A DNA stretch of 57,883 nucleotides from a virus (IMGVR_UViG_3300035661_000073:1-57883); one strand, 5' to 3'; shown: positions 23,396-33,719, counted from the first letter of the stretch. Notes: generated by a model not told the origin, from the sequence alone. Program-made: numbers and translations.

Positions 23396-24117
23396 GCCTC
23401 TTTGCTAAGTTTTTCAATGAACCCCTGTTGTCTCAAAAAACCATTCGATGAATGTCGAAGAAGCCAATGGAATCATACAATTACAACTTAGCTCGAAAAC
23501 CCCCTTTATAATTCTTATAGAAGCCTTCACTGATGCTCGCCCTTCGGGCTGCGCTTGAATCGCTTCGCGCCTGACGGCGCTACGCAATTCAATGTTGGAT
23601 ATTCCCTTCGGGAATGAATTTATTTAATTTTCTTCCGGAACTGAGAAAAAAATAAAAATTCAAACCGAAAATGCGCTCGACATAATTGGGTGCGTACTTA
23701 ACTTCAACCACCACCCCCACGCGATTCCCCAGGCCACCCCCCTCTGGGTTAGGGCATGTGCCCCATAGGGCCCGGTCCAGATGGGGTAGGGCAGGGCCCA
23801 TGGAGCGGCGGCACCCCATGACCTAGATGTGCCGGATCCCTTGTCGCGTACGTACCCACAGGCCATGGAATTATTTTCGGCGCTGCGAGAAAAATAAAAT
23901 CCACGCACGGAAATTGGAACGGGAGGCGGGGGGAAGGAGCGCACATTTCAACCCATCAAGTGTTCCTTGCCTTGCCACAGCACACCACCACAGTGCCGAC
24001 CACACTGTATTGGTCGCCAGGCCAACACAGTGATGGAATGTTTACCCCTATAGTCCCCACGTCGGGCGATCTGGGGTATTTTCTGAATTATTTTTTCAGA
24101 AATATTTAAATTACCCC

Positions 24118-24146
24118 TTGACCAAGGGGACAGCTTGACCGATACT
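24118..24146 (+). promoter_or_regulatory. Rightward early sigma70 promoter
   Basis: TTGACC-N17-GATACT with an AT-rich upstream region, followed by AGGAGG and ATG 24166. Confidence 0.7.
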
Positions 24147-24165
24147 ATTATCAGGAGGGGGAACC

Positions 24166-24354
24166 ATGACCAACGCAACTAACCACGATGAACCCATCCC
24201 GTATCGGGTTCACGGGATCCTGGAGGAATTCGAATGCCCTATGTGCGGGGCCATCGTTGAGAACGGGGAACGCGCCTATGAGTTTATGGGCGATGTGTTC
24301 TGTTCGAAAGCCTGCTGTGCCCAGGCCCTCATCGGCCGGCCCGGGGAGTTGTAG
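24166..24354 (+). CDS. Small zinc-binding (TRASH-like) protein
   Basis: CPMC...FCSKAC; strong RBS. Confidence 0.7.
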   Translation: MTNATNHDEPIPYRVHGILEEFECPMCGAIVENGERAYEFMGDVFCSKACCAQALIGRPGEL

Positions 24355-24356
24355 CC

Positions 24357-24575
24357 ATGAGCGCACCCGTCACGATGTCGGCCCCCTGGCTGGCCCTGGC
24401 CATCGCCGCCAATCATGGCGAGGCCAACCGCGCCCGGGAGGCCCTGGCCGCCGCCCTGGCGGTCAGCCCCCGCACCGTCAACCGCTGGTCTCGTGGCGCC
24501 ACCCGGCCTGGCGGCCCTGAGATCCTGGCTATCCGCAACCTGGCCGCCCACTTGGGCGTCCCTTCACCCGTTTAA
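24357..24575 (+). CDS. Cro-like HTH protein
   Basis: 'REALAAALAVSPRTVNRWSRGATRP'. Confidence 0.75.
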   Translation: MSAPVTMSAPWLALAIAANHGEANRAREALAAALAVSPRTVNRWSRGATRPGGPEILAIRNLAAHLGVPSPV

Positions 24576-24585
24576 CGGAGGGCCC

Positions 24586-24813
24586 ATGCGTTACGCATAC
24601 GGAATCGTGCCCAGTGGCGATCAAACCACCATCCGGACCCCGCCAACCTGGACCACGATGGGGGAGGCCAGAAAGGTCTCCGCCCAGTTCCGGGGTAACT
24701 CTGAATGGAAGCGGGTCGCCAGATGGCGGACCGATCAGGAACAGTGCCCGATCATCGAATGGCGTCGCGACCCGAACGGCAAGGGCCGCCGCTGGTTCAG
24801 CGCCACGGTTTAG
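24586..24813 (+). CDS. Hypothetical protein
   Basis: GGAGG RBS before ATG 24586. Confidence 0.6.
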   Translation: MRYAYGIVPSGDQTTIRTPPTWTTMGEARKVSAQFRGNSEWKRVARWRTDQEQCPIIEWRRDPNGKGRRWFSATV

Positions 24814-24883
24814 TGCAGGCCCGGGACCAGCCGCACCGCCGCCGGTCCCGCACAAGTGCTAGACCAACTCACCAGGAGCCATC

Positions 24884-25066
24884 ATGCGCCATTTCCCGCC
24901 CATCAACGTCCGCCTGATCACCTTGCAGGCCCATGACCGGCACCGCGCCCGCGAGCTGGCCGAGGCCACGCACCGCGCCTTTGTGGACCTGGCCAATCGC
25001 AGCTTGGCCGAGATCACCGCACCCGCGCCCAGTCTTATTTTTTGGAATGATCAGTCAAAAAAATAA
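24884..25066 (+). CDS. Hypothetical protein
   Basis: AGGAG RBS. Confidence 0.55.
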   Translation: MRHFPPINVRLITLQAHDRHRARELAEATHRAFVDLANRSLAEITAPAPSLIFWNDQSKK

Positions 25067-25168
25067 TCTGATTTTCCCTTGACTCGATCGGCAAATAATT
25101 TAATCTGATACCAGAAACCAAAGCACAAACACAGCCACGCGGGGCAGATACCGCACGGAGAATCGCCC

Positions 25169-25390
25169 ATGAGCAAGCCTTACAACGGGCACAAAAACTG
25201 GAATCACTGGAACGTTTCCTTGTGGATCAACAATGACGAGGGTCTGTACAACCTGGCGCTGGAGTCGATCAAGCGCACCGACAACCGCGACCAGGCCGCC
25301 CGGTACTTTCTGGAGCGGGTGGAGGCCAAGACCCCGGACGGGGCGCCCTATAGCGTGGCCACCATCAAGGCCGCCATGGCGGGGATGTAG
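25169..25390 (+). CDS. Conserved small early phage protein
   Basis: 'YNGHKNWNHWNVSLWINNDEGLY' is a recurrent phage early-gene motif; GGAG RBS. Confidence 0.75.
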   Translation: MSKPYNGHKNWNHWNVSLWINNDEGLYNLALESIKRTDNRDQAARYFLERVEAKTPDGAPYSVATIKAAMAGM

Positions 25391-25392
25391 CC

Positions 25393-25593
25393 ATGACCGC
25401 GCCCAAGATCCACGCCCACTTGGTCAAAGACCGGCAAGAGCATTTCAATACCCGCCGGGGCTGGTTCGTCAACGCTTACCGCCTGGTGGACCCGGAGACC
25501 GGGTTAGACCTGGTTCAGCCCTGGTTCAGCACTCGCAAGGACGCTATCACCTACGCGGCCCAAAACAACATCACCATCCAGGGGCAGCCATGA
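25393..25593 (+). CDS. Hypothetical protein
   Basis: In operon, coupled to the next gene. Confidence 0.6.
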   Translation: MTAPKIHAHLVKDRQEHFNTRRGWFVNAYRLVDPETGLDLVQPWFSTRKDAITYAAQNNITIQGQP

Positions 25594-26000
25594 CCACCCG
25601 CAAGCAGGAAACCGCAGAGGTTCTGTTCAGGCTGTACCGCCTGGGATTCACCGCCACCGAGGCCCAAGCCCTGCGCGGAATCGCCATGACCCTTTCACGT
25701 TGGGATGAGGTCGAGTGTAACGGCGACATCGAGCGCGACGAGGCCACCGGCAAGCCTTTCCGGTGCTGGGACCAGTACACCCGCCAGCAGGTCACCATCC
25801 GGCGCCGGTCTCCCGTTGCCGACCGTGAGGCCGGGGCACTGCGTCGCCTGGCCCGGATTCTGGAGGCCCACCCGGACCTGGCCGCCTACCATCAGAGCGA
25901 CCCGCGCGGCGCCAGCCTGTACATCTACCCCAAAGCGAAGATGGAACCCGGGCAGGACATCGCCTGCTGGTATTCATCCATCGGAACGGCGGTGTACTAA
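25590..26000 (+). CDS. Hypothetical protein
   Basis: MTTRKQ... start via ATGA overlap; 'ECNG' and 'YHQSDPRGASLYI' recurrent phage motif. Confidence 0.7.
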   Translation: MTTRKQETAEVLFRLYRLGFTATEAQALRGIAMTLSRWDEVECNGDIERDEATGKPFRCWDQYTRQQVTIRRRSPVADREAGALRRLARILEAHPDLAAYHQSDPRGASLYIYPKAKMEPGQDIACWYSSIGTAVY

Positions 26001-26309
26001 CCATGGCCGCCGAACCGACCCCCGCCCAGGTTGCCGCCGCCTGGGTCATTGGCTACCTGGCCGAGACCTACGGCGCCGGCCCTGTCACCCTCGCCGGTCC
26101 GGATCTGTCCCGCTTTGCCTTTGAGCAGGGCAGGGAGGACCGCCGCCAGGAGCAGGCCCAACCATGAACACCCAGCCCGGCACCCAGACCTATTTCCCCT
26201 GGTTCGAGGGTCAGCGCCCGCTGGAAATTCCGCCCGAGAACCAACCCCCGCCCATCCCGATCAAGGGCTATTTCCCCGACGAACCGCCCACGAACCCCCA
26301 GGAGGCCCA

Positions 26310-26810
26310 ATGGCTATCGCTTTCGAGCAGATAAAAGCCAATCTCTTTTGGCTCACCGTCAATGAGTCGGAATGGCACCAGCACCCCAAGGGCGGGGGCT
26401 GGGTCCAGAACACCGCCCACGTTGACGAGTCCGCGATGGTAGAAGGTGTGGTCTTCGGCGATGCCCAGGTCTTCGGCGATGCCTGGGTCTTCGGCAATGC
26501 CCGGGTCTACGGCGATGCCCAGGTCTACGGCGATGACTGGGCGTTCTCCCCGCTCCAAATACAGGGGGCGTGTCATTTTGTGACCACATGCACCCATACC
26601 CATCTCCAGATTGGATGCTATCGGCACACGTTAATTGAGTGGCAACGCCACTATCAGCGCATCTGGCGATCCGAAGGCTACACCCCTGACCAGATCGCAG
26701 AATGCGGGCTCATCATCGCCTTTGCCGCCGATTGGTTAGAAGCCAAGTTCTACAAACAAGGGGCATCGCAGCGCGATGCCAGGGGCCGATTCACCAAGAA
26801 AACCACATAA
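26310..26810 (+). CDS. Hexapeptide-repeat (left-handed beta-helix) protein
   Basis: VFGDAQ/VFGDAW/VFGNAR/VYGDAQ repeats; GGAGG RBS. Confidence 0.8.
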   Translation: MAIAFEQIKANLFWLTVNESEWHQHPKGGGWVQNTAHVDESAMVEGVVFGDAQVFGDAWVFGNARVYGDAQVYGDDWAFSPLQIQGACHFVTTCTHTHLQIGCYRHTLIEWQRHYQRIWRSEGYTPDQIAECGLIIAFAADWLEAKFYKQGASQRDARGRFTKKTT

Positions 26811-27586
26811 GGGAGGACCTGAATGATCATCTCGACGTATCTCTACTATGGCTTCCCCACCCGCCGGGAGGCCGGAACCATGGCCGAGGCGGAAGCCTTC
26901 GCCCAGGCATACGCCCGGGTTTCCCGGACCGTGGACAATGCTCGGGGCGCTGACTTCCAGGTGCCGCCCTACCAGGGCCGGGGCCGGAGCTATCAGGACC
27001 GGGACCACCACGCCCGCCACCGGGGCAAAAAGAGCGCCTGACCCCTCGGTTTGCTGAACGGGCCCAGCACTGGGGCCCTTTGAACAAACCCAAGGAGTCA
27101 TCATGGAACAAATGCTCGCCTACCTCCGCGCCCGCTATCTGCTGGCGCTCTGCTGGCCCAAGGGAGTGACCTGGCCAGCGTCCCGAAGGGATGAGGTGTT
27201 GAACTCCATGCGCCCGACCGGCCCCGTCCACCCCATGTGCCCGGTGGTGTTTGATGAGTAGACACTGGCTCGTTTGCATCTGCGTCTTTATCGCCATTGC
27301 CGCCGGCATCGTCCAGGGGATCGTCCCGGCCATGACCGCGACCGCCGTATTTTTTGGCTGGCGATAATCAGCAAAAAATATATACTTTAACCATCAACCC
27401 ATCATCCATGGGGGTGCCCGTGAACGTCCGCACCAAGCCCCATCTCATTACCCGCCGGGTCCAGGAAATCAGCGAAGCCCTGGACCTCGGATGGTTCGCC
27501 AACCCTGACGAATACTGGGAAAGCTGCCGCGAACTGGCCCGCCTGCACCAGATCGAGCGCGCCCAGATCGCCCAAACGGAGCCCGT

Positions 27587-27910
27587 ATGAAAACCGAACT
27601 CATCAAGGCCGAACGTTGCCTGTTCGGGCACTACCGTTACCGGCTGGAAGTGTGCCGATCCTGGGGTCCGTTCCGCTGGCGTGGTGTCTACCAGGCTGAA
27701 GGGCAGTCCATGTGTTGGTACGACCAGCAGGGGCACCGGGTCTACAGCGCCGGCCTGGTGGAAGACCTGACCAGGCTTCTGGTCCGCGCCCTGGCACTGA
27801 AACAGTGCCCGCCCCAGACCCTGCCGGCGGCCCAGACCGTGCCCGATATCGTGGAGATCGGCCAGCCGAGCGTCCGCGTGACCTACGCCCCGGGGGTGCC
27901 CCGTGGGTAG
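27587..27910 (+). CDS. Hypothetical protein
   Basis: GGAG RBS; coupled to neighbours. Confidence 0.6.
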   Translation: MKTELIKAERCLFGHYRYRLEVCRSWGPFRWRGVYQAEGQSMCWYDQQGHRVYSAGLVEDLTRLLVRALALKQCPPQTLPAAQTVPDIVEIGQPSVRVTYAPGVPRG

Positions 27911-28133
27911 GCTGGCTGAACTCGAAAGCGAGCTGCGTCAGGTGCAAGGGCGGCTGATGCGCTGGCCGATGTCGGCCCGCTACCAGTACCAAGCTCGGGA
28001 ACTCCGCCGCGCAATCGAGCGCGAACGGGAGACCTGGGTACGGGCGCTGCGTGGTGGGATCCGCCGCGCCCTGATGGAATTGGATGAGGCCACCCTGGAA
28101 ATGATCCACACACAGATTACAGGCCATGGTTAA
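27903..28133 (+). CDS. Hypothetical coiled-coil protein
   Basis: Overlapping start; helical composition. Confidence 0.55.
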   Translation: MGRLAELESELRQVQGRLMRWPMSARYQYQARELRRAIERERETWVRALRGGIRRALMELDEATLEMIHTQITGHG

Positions 28134-28297
28134 GGGTATGCAGATATCCGGGAGAAGAACCATGAAACCGAGCGGCGCTGCCGTTCTGCTGTGGGTCGTG
28201 GTGCCCCTGATTTTCTGGGGTGCCGTGGCTGCTGCAACGATTTTTAACAATTAACGAGATCCTGCCCAGGAGCACCACCCATCCCCATGGAGCCGAA

Positions 28298-28804
28298 ATG
28301 AAACGCTACACCCCCGAAGAACTCAAGACCGTGCTGGACGCCCACAAAAAGTGGCTGCGCGACGAGGACGGCGGCAGCCGGGCCGACCTGGGCGGGGCCT
28401 ACCTGGGCGGGGCCAACCTGCGCGGGGCCAAACTGCGCGGGGCCTACCTGCGCGAGGCCGACCTGCGCGGGGCCGACCTGGGCGGGGCCGACCTGCGCGG
28501 GGCCAAACTGCGCGGGGCCGACCTGCAAATCTATTCCCTGGAGGTATTCTCTGGCCTATATCCCTACGTCTGCTACTCATTTGTGACACAAGCCGGCGTC
28601 CCATGGGTCCGCATGGGCTGCCTCTGGCACAGCCTGGAGGATTGGGATCGGATTGGGATTCGGGCCAGCAATGTCAACGAGTTTCCCGACGATGGCGGCG
28701 GAAAATGCGAGCGGAGGGTCCGAGCGTACGAATTCGCCCGCGCTGCCGCTCTGGCCCAGGTGGAGAAATTCCGCACTGAGAACCCCGCCCAGGCCACGGC
28801 CTGA
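28298..28804 (+). CDS. Pentapeptide-repeat protein
   Basis: '[16 protein letters not shown]' followed by A(D/N/Y/K)LxG repeats; GGAG RBS. Confidence 0.9.
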   Translation: MKRYTPEELKTVLDAHKKWLRDEDGGSRADLGGAYLGGANLRGAKLRGAYLREADLRGADLGGADLRGAKLRGADLQIYSLEVFSGLYPYVCYSFVTQAGVPWVRMGCLWHSLEDWDRIGIRASNVNEFPDDGGGKCERRVRAYEFARAAALAQVEKFRTENPAQATA

Positions 28805-29045
28805 TCTTGTCCAGGAGCATGGAGTGGTCCAGAGCTCACCCGCTTTCCCCGGCAAGGAAACCCAATTCGGATTTTCATGGGGTCCGGCTGAAGTGACTCG
28901 CCTCTGCTCCGACCCAAAGTGGGGCGTGATCTTTCAAGTCAAGACGCCAAAGGGAACACTGGAAATCCGGGTGACGCCCAAGGGTTTCATTCGGGGCGAC
29001 CATCCCAAACCCAAGAAGTGATCTTGTCCATCCTCGGAGCCATTC

Positions 29046-29246
29046 ATGAACCAGAACCCCGAAGAATCTGCCCGGAACGCCTTCAAATCGCTCCCTTACG
29101 AGGACCGCTGCCGGATCGTCTACTTCCGGAACCTGGAGCGAGTGGACGAGCTCTTGCCCCAACGGGCGCGGGCTGTGGCTGCGATCAGAGAGATTGGCGG
29201 TCAGATCAAAAACGCTCGTCGCCTGCGCACCGAGTACTTCAAGTAG
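29046..29246 (+). CDS. Hypothetical protein
   Basis: GGAG RBS. Confidence 0.6.
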   Translation: MNQNPEESARNAFKSLPYEDRCRIVYFRNLERVDELLPQRARAVAAIREIGGQIKNARRLRTEYFK

Positions 29247-29316
29247 CACATGTCCAGTAGTCAAGGATTCCTTGACTACTGAAATCCTGTCCAAACCCAT
29301 GAACATTGGAGCCCTC

Positions 29317-29880
29317 ATGAAACTCGCAACCATCCTTTCCCGTGTCGGAGCCTGCTCGGAGGCCCGCGAATGGGCCAAGGGCCAGCCCGATCTCGCCACC
29401 GCCTGGACTGCCTGCCATCACTCCGAATGGATGCTCTGGCTGTTGGGTCGGACCACGCTCGACCAGAACGACCCCCGCCTGCGCCTCATGGCCTGCGATT
29501 TCGCGGAGGCCGTGCTCCACCTGGTGCCCGAGGGCGAGGACCGCCCCAAAAAGGCCATCGAGGTAGCGCGTCGGTTTGCTGCCGGGGAGGCCACCCGCGA
29601 AGAGATGGCCGCCGCCGGGGACGCCGCCTTGGACGCCGCCAGGGACGCCGCCTTGGCCGCCGCCTGGGCCGCCAGGGCCGCCGCCTGGGCCGCCAGGGCC
29701 GCCGCCGGGGACGCCAGGGCCGCCGCCTTGGACGCCGCCTTGGACGCCGCCTTGGACGCCGCCAGGGACGCCGCCGGGGCCGCCAGGGCCGCCGCCTGGG
29801 CAGATCAGTCCGACATCATCCGTCGCTATTTCCCGGAGTGCCCGGAGATCAAACCTGAACTGCTACGAAAGGCCGCGTAG
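29317..29880 (+). CDS. Imm5-like protein with Ala-rich tetrapeptide repeats
   Basis: 'LMACDFAEAVL..EDRPKKAIEVARRFAAGE' followed by AAWA/AARA/AALD repeats. Confidence 0.7.
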   Translation: MKLATILSRVGACSEAREWAKGQPDLATAWTACHHSEWMLWLLGRTTLDQNDPRLRLMACDFAEAVLHLVPEGEDRPKKAIEVARRFAAGEATREEMAAAGDAALDAARDAALAAAWAARAAAWAARAAAGDARAAALDAALDAALDAARDAAGAARAAAWADQSDIIRRYFPECPEIKPELLRKAA

Positions 29881-30088
29881 CGCATGTCCATCCTCCACCC
29901 GCGCCCGGCGGCTCTGGGCACCCCACCGAAAGGGCCACCCCATGACCGATCTCATCAACGCCACCGAATCCGCCGCCGCCCGCGCAGCCAGTGCCGGGCT
30001 CTACGAGGACGCCGCCCTGCTCCTGACCGCCTCCAACGTGCTGGCCGGGTTCCCCCGAGCCGTAGCCTGACCCCACGATGTGCACCGA

Positions 30089-30114
30089 GCCGGGGCGGTT
30101 ACCCCGGCGCTTTT
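30089..30114 (+). terminator. Rho-independent terminator
   Basis: gccgggg-cggtta-ccccggc-gc-tttt. Confidence 0.55.
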
Positions 30115-30459
30115 GTCTCGCGCACACTTGTAAAATTAAATTAACATGTTGACACGGATTCGCGCCGGTTCCATGATCATTCCCGGTCCACACCAGCCAA
30201 TTCATCACGCCGCTTGCAAGTGCGAATTCCACCGGCCAGGCCGACCCGCCGAAACCGACCGCAAACCCCAGGTAACATCTTGTGGCTCGTTTTCTTGGGA
30301 TTTCACAGCTTGCGATAATGTATATTATGTATTCATGTGACTATACAACCGCACCCATGATTTTAAAGCATATTCTCCATGTGTGCAAGCCCTAGATAAT
30401 ACTGCATTCCTTCGACAACCACCACACTCAACCACAATGCATAAAAATATTAACTTCCC

Positions 30460-30948
30460 ATGGTGGACCTTATGGAAATTCTCGGAGACGGATTCTGGCC
30501 AAAAGTGAACAAGACCGCGCCTGGCGGCTGCTGGTTGTGGGTGGCTGGCAAGACCAAGTTGGGCTACGGCGCCTACAGCATCGGCGGGTTTAAAGCTGGG
30601 ATGTCCTACGCCCATCGACTGGCGTACGAATCTCTGGTCGGTCCCATCCCCACGGGGAAGGGGATCGACCACGTCTGCTACAGCCGCGCTTGCGTCAACC
30701 CCGCCCACATGCGCTTGGCGGATCGGGCCGAAAACATGCGGAACCGCAAGAAGCCGTCAAACAACACCTCCGGGTTTAAAGGGGTGTCCTGGGATGACGA
30801 GCATCAGAAGTGGCACGCCTGCATCGGCTATGAGGGACGCAAGATCAACTTGGGGTTTTTCACCTCCAAGGAAGATGCCTACGAGAAGTACTGCTGGGCC
30901 GCCAGGATCTTGCATGGCGACTTCGCCAACTTTGGCGAGGCGGTATGA
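30460..30948 (+). CDS. HNH-AP2 homing endonuclease
   Basis: 'FWPKVNK..GCWLW..GYG..AHRLAY..IDHVC..CVNPAH..N' plus AP2 'NNTSGFKGVSW..KW.A.I..LGFF'. Confidence 0.9.
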   Translation: MVDLMEILGDGFWPKVNKTAPGGCWLWVAGKTKLGYGAYSIGGFKAGMSYAHRLAYESLVGPIPTGKGIDHVCYSRACVNPAHMRLADRAENMRNRKKPSNNTSGFKGVSWDDEHQKWHACIGYEGRKINLGFFTSKEDAYEKYCWAARILHGDFANFGEAV

Positions 30949-31259
30949 GTGGGGGAGATATCTACCCTAGCCACAACGGTCGGGTTATGCACCTGTCAGA
31001 AATGACAGGTCCCCACCTGGACCACGCCCTGGCCAAGCTGCGGGCCCAGGACGCGACCCTGTGCCGGATGCTGGCTGGGGTGGAGCCCGAAATGGCCAAG
31101 ACGTTCCGCAAGGCCATGGCCGCCTGGGCTCCGGCCTTCACCCTGGACGAGATGCTGGAGCGGACCAGGCGCTGGATCGCCCTGCTGGAGGCGGAGCAGG
31201 AGCGCAGAAAAAATATTTCCTGGGAACCCTACCTTAGATCAGAAAAAAAATTATACTGA
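30945..31259 (+). CDS. Hypothetical protein
   Basis: ATGA overlap; 'LSEMTGPHLDHAL'. Confidence 0.6.
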   Translation: MSGGDIYPSHNGRVMHLSEMTGPHLDHALAKLRAQDATLCRMLAGVEPEMAKTFRKAMAAWAPAFTLDEMLERTRRWIALLEAEQERRKNISWEPYLRSEKKLY

Positions 31260-31284
31260 TATAGCCAGGTAAAGGAGCCCTAAG

Positions 31285-32202
31285 ATGAGCGTGAAGGACC
31301 GCATCAACGCGATGTTCCCGGGCGACGGGAACAAGGCTATCAGAGCAAAAATCTACCGGACACCTGGGATCATGGCAGGCGAGCCCACCGACGAGCAGAT
31401 TCGGCAGGCGGTCGGCGAGGGCGGGGAAGGGGAGTCCGACACTGAGCCCCCCCAGTCGGCGCCGGCCCTGGTCAAGGCGGTCCCCGATCAGGTGGCCGAG
31501 TTGCTGGCCAAGGTGCCGACCATCGTGGTCAAGACTGCCCAGGACTACGAGCAGGCGGCCCGGTGGTTCGCTTCGCTCAAGGCCATGGCCAAGGTGGTCG
31601 AGGACCGCCGGGGCGAACTCAAGGCGCCGCACCTGGCCGAGGGCAAGCGCATCGACGCCGAGGCCAAGGTCATGCAGGAACTCCTGGCCAAGGTGCTGGA
31701 CCCCATCGCCAAGCAGATGGCCGGGTTCAAGGCCAGGGAGGCGGAGGAACTGCGCCGGCAGGAGGAGGAGCGCCAGGCGGCCATCGCTGCCGAGCAGGCC
31801 CGGCTGGCGGCCGAGGCGGAGCGGGCCCAGGCCGCCGTGGCGGTGGTCGAGACCCAGGCCGAGGAGGACCCATTCCTGGCCGCCATCCTGGAGGACCAGA
31901 TCAGCGAGACCCGGCAGCAGGCCGGCATCGCCGCCGTGGCCCTGGCCATTGGGGTGGACGAAGCGGCCCTGCCCGAGGTGCCCAAGGCGGTGACCGCCGC
32001 CGGGGTGCGGGCGGTGAGCCGGTGGAAGTGGCGGATCACCGACGATGGCCTGGTCCCCCGGGCGATGTGCAGCCCGGATGAACGGAAGTTGAACGAATTC
32101 GTCCGCGCCTGCAAGGCCAACGGCCAGCCCATCGAGGCCCACGCCCACGCCTACGAGGGCATCGAGATATACGAAGAACTTTCCATTGAAGGGGGGAGGT
32201 AA
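31285..32202 (+). CDS. Coiled-coil protein of recombination module
   Basis: AAGGAG RBS; long coiled coil; 'WKWRITD..LVPR..CSPDE...GIEIYEE' C-terminal motif. Confidence 0.75.
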   Translation: MSVKDRINAMFPGDGNKAIRAKIYRTPGIMAGEPTDEQIRQAVGEGGEGESDTEPPQSAPALVKAVPDQVAELLAKVPTIVVKTAQDYEQAARWFASLKAMAKVVEDRRGELKAPHLAEGKRIDAEAKVMQELLAKVLDPIAKQMAGFKAREAEELRRQEEERQAAIAAEQARLAAEAERAQAAVAVVETQAEEDPFLAAILEDQISETRQQAGIAAVALAIGVDEAALPEVPKAVTAAGVRAVSRWKWRITDDGLVPRAMCSPDERKLNEFVRACKANGQPIEAHAHAYEGIEIYEELSIEGGR

Positions 32203-32204
32203 CC

Positions 32205-33716
32205 ATGACCCACGAAGTGGCAACCCTTGACCGTGCATCGATGCGGATGCACACGGTTCCCAACTATGAGGAGGCCATCAACAGCCTCCAGGCCCGCCGT
32301 GATCTGGTGCTCCAGATGATGGAAAAGGTGCTCCAGCCGGGCGTCCACTACGGCCTGATCCCTGGCTGCGGCAACAAGCCCAGCCTGTTCCTGCCCGGCG
32401 CCGAACAGTTGTCCAGCACCTTCAACTTCTGCCCCCGCTACAAGAAGACCATCACCCGCGAGGGGCAGCACCTGATCTGCGATATGATCTGTGAACTCTA
32501 CCTGCCGGACGGGACGTTTGTGGGCGAGGGCACGGCCATGTGCTCCACCTACGAGACCAAGTACCGCTACCGGCAGGGGGTCGGTGAGCCCACGGGCCAG
32601 CCGGTCCCCAAGAAATACTGGGACCTGAAAAAGACGGACTTCAAGGCCGCCCAGGAATCCATCGGCGGGGCCGGGTTCACGGTCAAGAAGATCGACAACC
32701 AGTGGGCGATCTGCACCGTGGTCGAAAAATCCGAGAACCCCGACCTGGCCGACCAGTGGAACACCGTGGTCAAGATGGGCGCCAAGCGGGCTTTCGTCCA
32801 CGCGGTCCGCACCGCCACCGGCACCGCCGACGTGTTCACTCAGGACTTGGAGGACTTCCGCGACTCCTACGGCCAGGTCATCGACGCCGAGGTGCTGCCG
32901 CCCGCCACCACCACCGCCACCCAGGCCCCGGCTGCGCCCACCCCCAAGCCCGCCGGCAACGACGCCTGGGAAGCGGCCCTGGCTGAACTGGACGCGGCCA
33001 CCCAGGGGATGCCCCGGGACACCCGTGAATCCCTGCTGCGCCTGTGGGCCAAGGAGGACCCGGCGAAGATCGGTGACCTCCGCAAGGAGATCGCCACCCT
33101 CAAAGACTCCCTGGCTAACGGCTGGGACGCCAAGGCCGAGAACCTGTTCAAGGCCAACCTGAAGGTGCTGAAAGGGATCTTCGAGGACGGCGGGCAGGCG
33201 GACCGGTACAAGGGCGAGAACGACCACTGGCAGGCCCGCCGGAACGCCGAGGCCGCCGGCCCGGTGCTGCGCGACATGGAGGCCCGGGTGGGCAAACTCC
33301 AGGGCGCTCTGACCACCGCCCTGGCGAAGAAGTCCGCCCCCGCCGGTAAGCCGGCCCCCCAGGATGAGGAACACCGTCGCCCGGACGCCATGAAGCCGCC
33401 GATTCCGAAGGAGGTGGACGAATTCGTGGATGGCATGGCCACCCCGCTGCCCAAGCCCGGGACCCCCGAATTCAAGGCCATGGCCTCCGGTGCACTGAAC
33501 GCCGCCTGCTCCCGCCTGTTTGCCCACTACAAGGCCAAGGCGCTGGCCAAGGACGACGCCGGCCTGGCCGCCCTGGTCAAGGACAAGCGCAACCAGGTGA
33601 TGGGTAGCCTCAAGATCCCCGCCGAGGCCCACTACGACGAGAAGGTCATGGCCCTGGCCAAGGCCATCGAGAAGGAAGCGGACCACCTGAAGATTCCGTC
33701 CACCCCGGCGGCCTAG
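32205..33716 (+). CDS. Putative single-strand annealing/recombination protein with C-terminal extension
   Basis: 'HYGLIPG..KPSLFLPGAE...NTVVKMGAKRAFVHAV...DVFTQDLED' conserved phage family at the SSAP position. Confidence 0.6.
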   Translation: MTHEVATLDRASMRMHTVPNYEEAINSLQARRDLVLQMMEKVLQPGVHYGLIPGCGNKPSLFLPGAEQLSSTFNFCPRYKKTITREGQHLICDMICELYLPDGTFVGEGTAMCSTYETKYRYRQGVGEPTGQPVPKKYWDLKKTDFKAAQESIGGAGFTVKKIDNQWAICTVVEKSENPDLADQWNTVVKMGAKRAFVHAVRTATGTADVFTQDLEDFRDSYGQVIDAEVLPPATTTATQAPAAPTPKPAGNDAWEAALAELDAATQGMPRDTRESLLRLWAKEDPAKIGDLRKEIATLKDSLANGWDAKAENLFKANLKVLKGIFEDGGQADRYKGENDHWQARRNAEAAGPVLRDMEARVGKLQGALTTALAKKSAPAGKPAPQDEEHRRPDAMKPPIPKEVDEFVDGMATPLPKPGTPEFKAMASGALNAACSRLFAHYKAKALAKDDAGLAALVKDKRNQVMGSLKIPAEAHYDEKVMALAKAIEKEADHLKIPSTPAA

Positions 33717-33719
33717 TCC

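Noticed and set aside
23336-24165. Short ORFs, tRNA or attP in the divergence region
   Set aside because: No RBS-supported ORF, no cloverleaf with a T-loop consensus, and no integrase in the genome.
23871-27380. T-tract/A-tract inverted repeats (23871, 24077, 25035, 27348) as a separate motif family
   Set aside because: Low complexity; largely explained by promoter UP elements and the ATCRG-N13-CYGAT sites.
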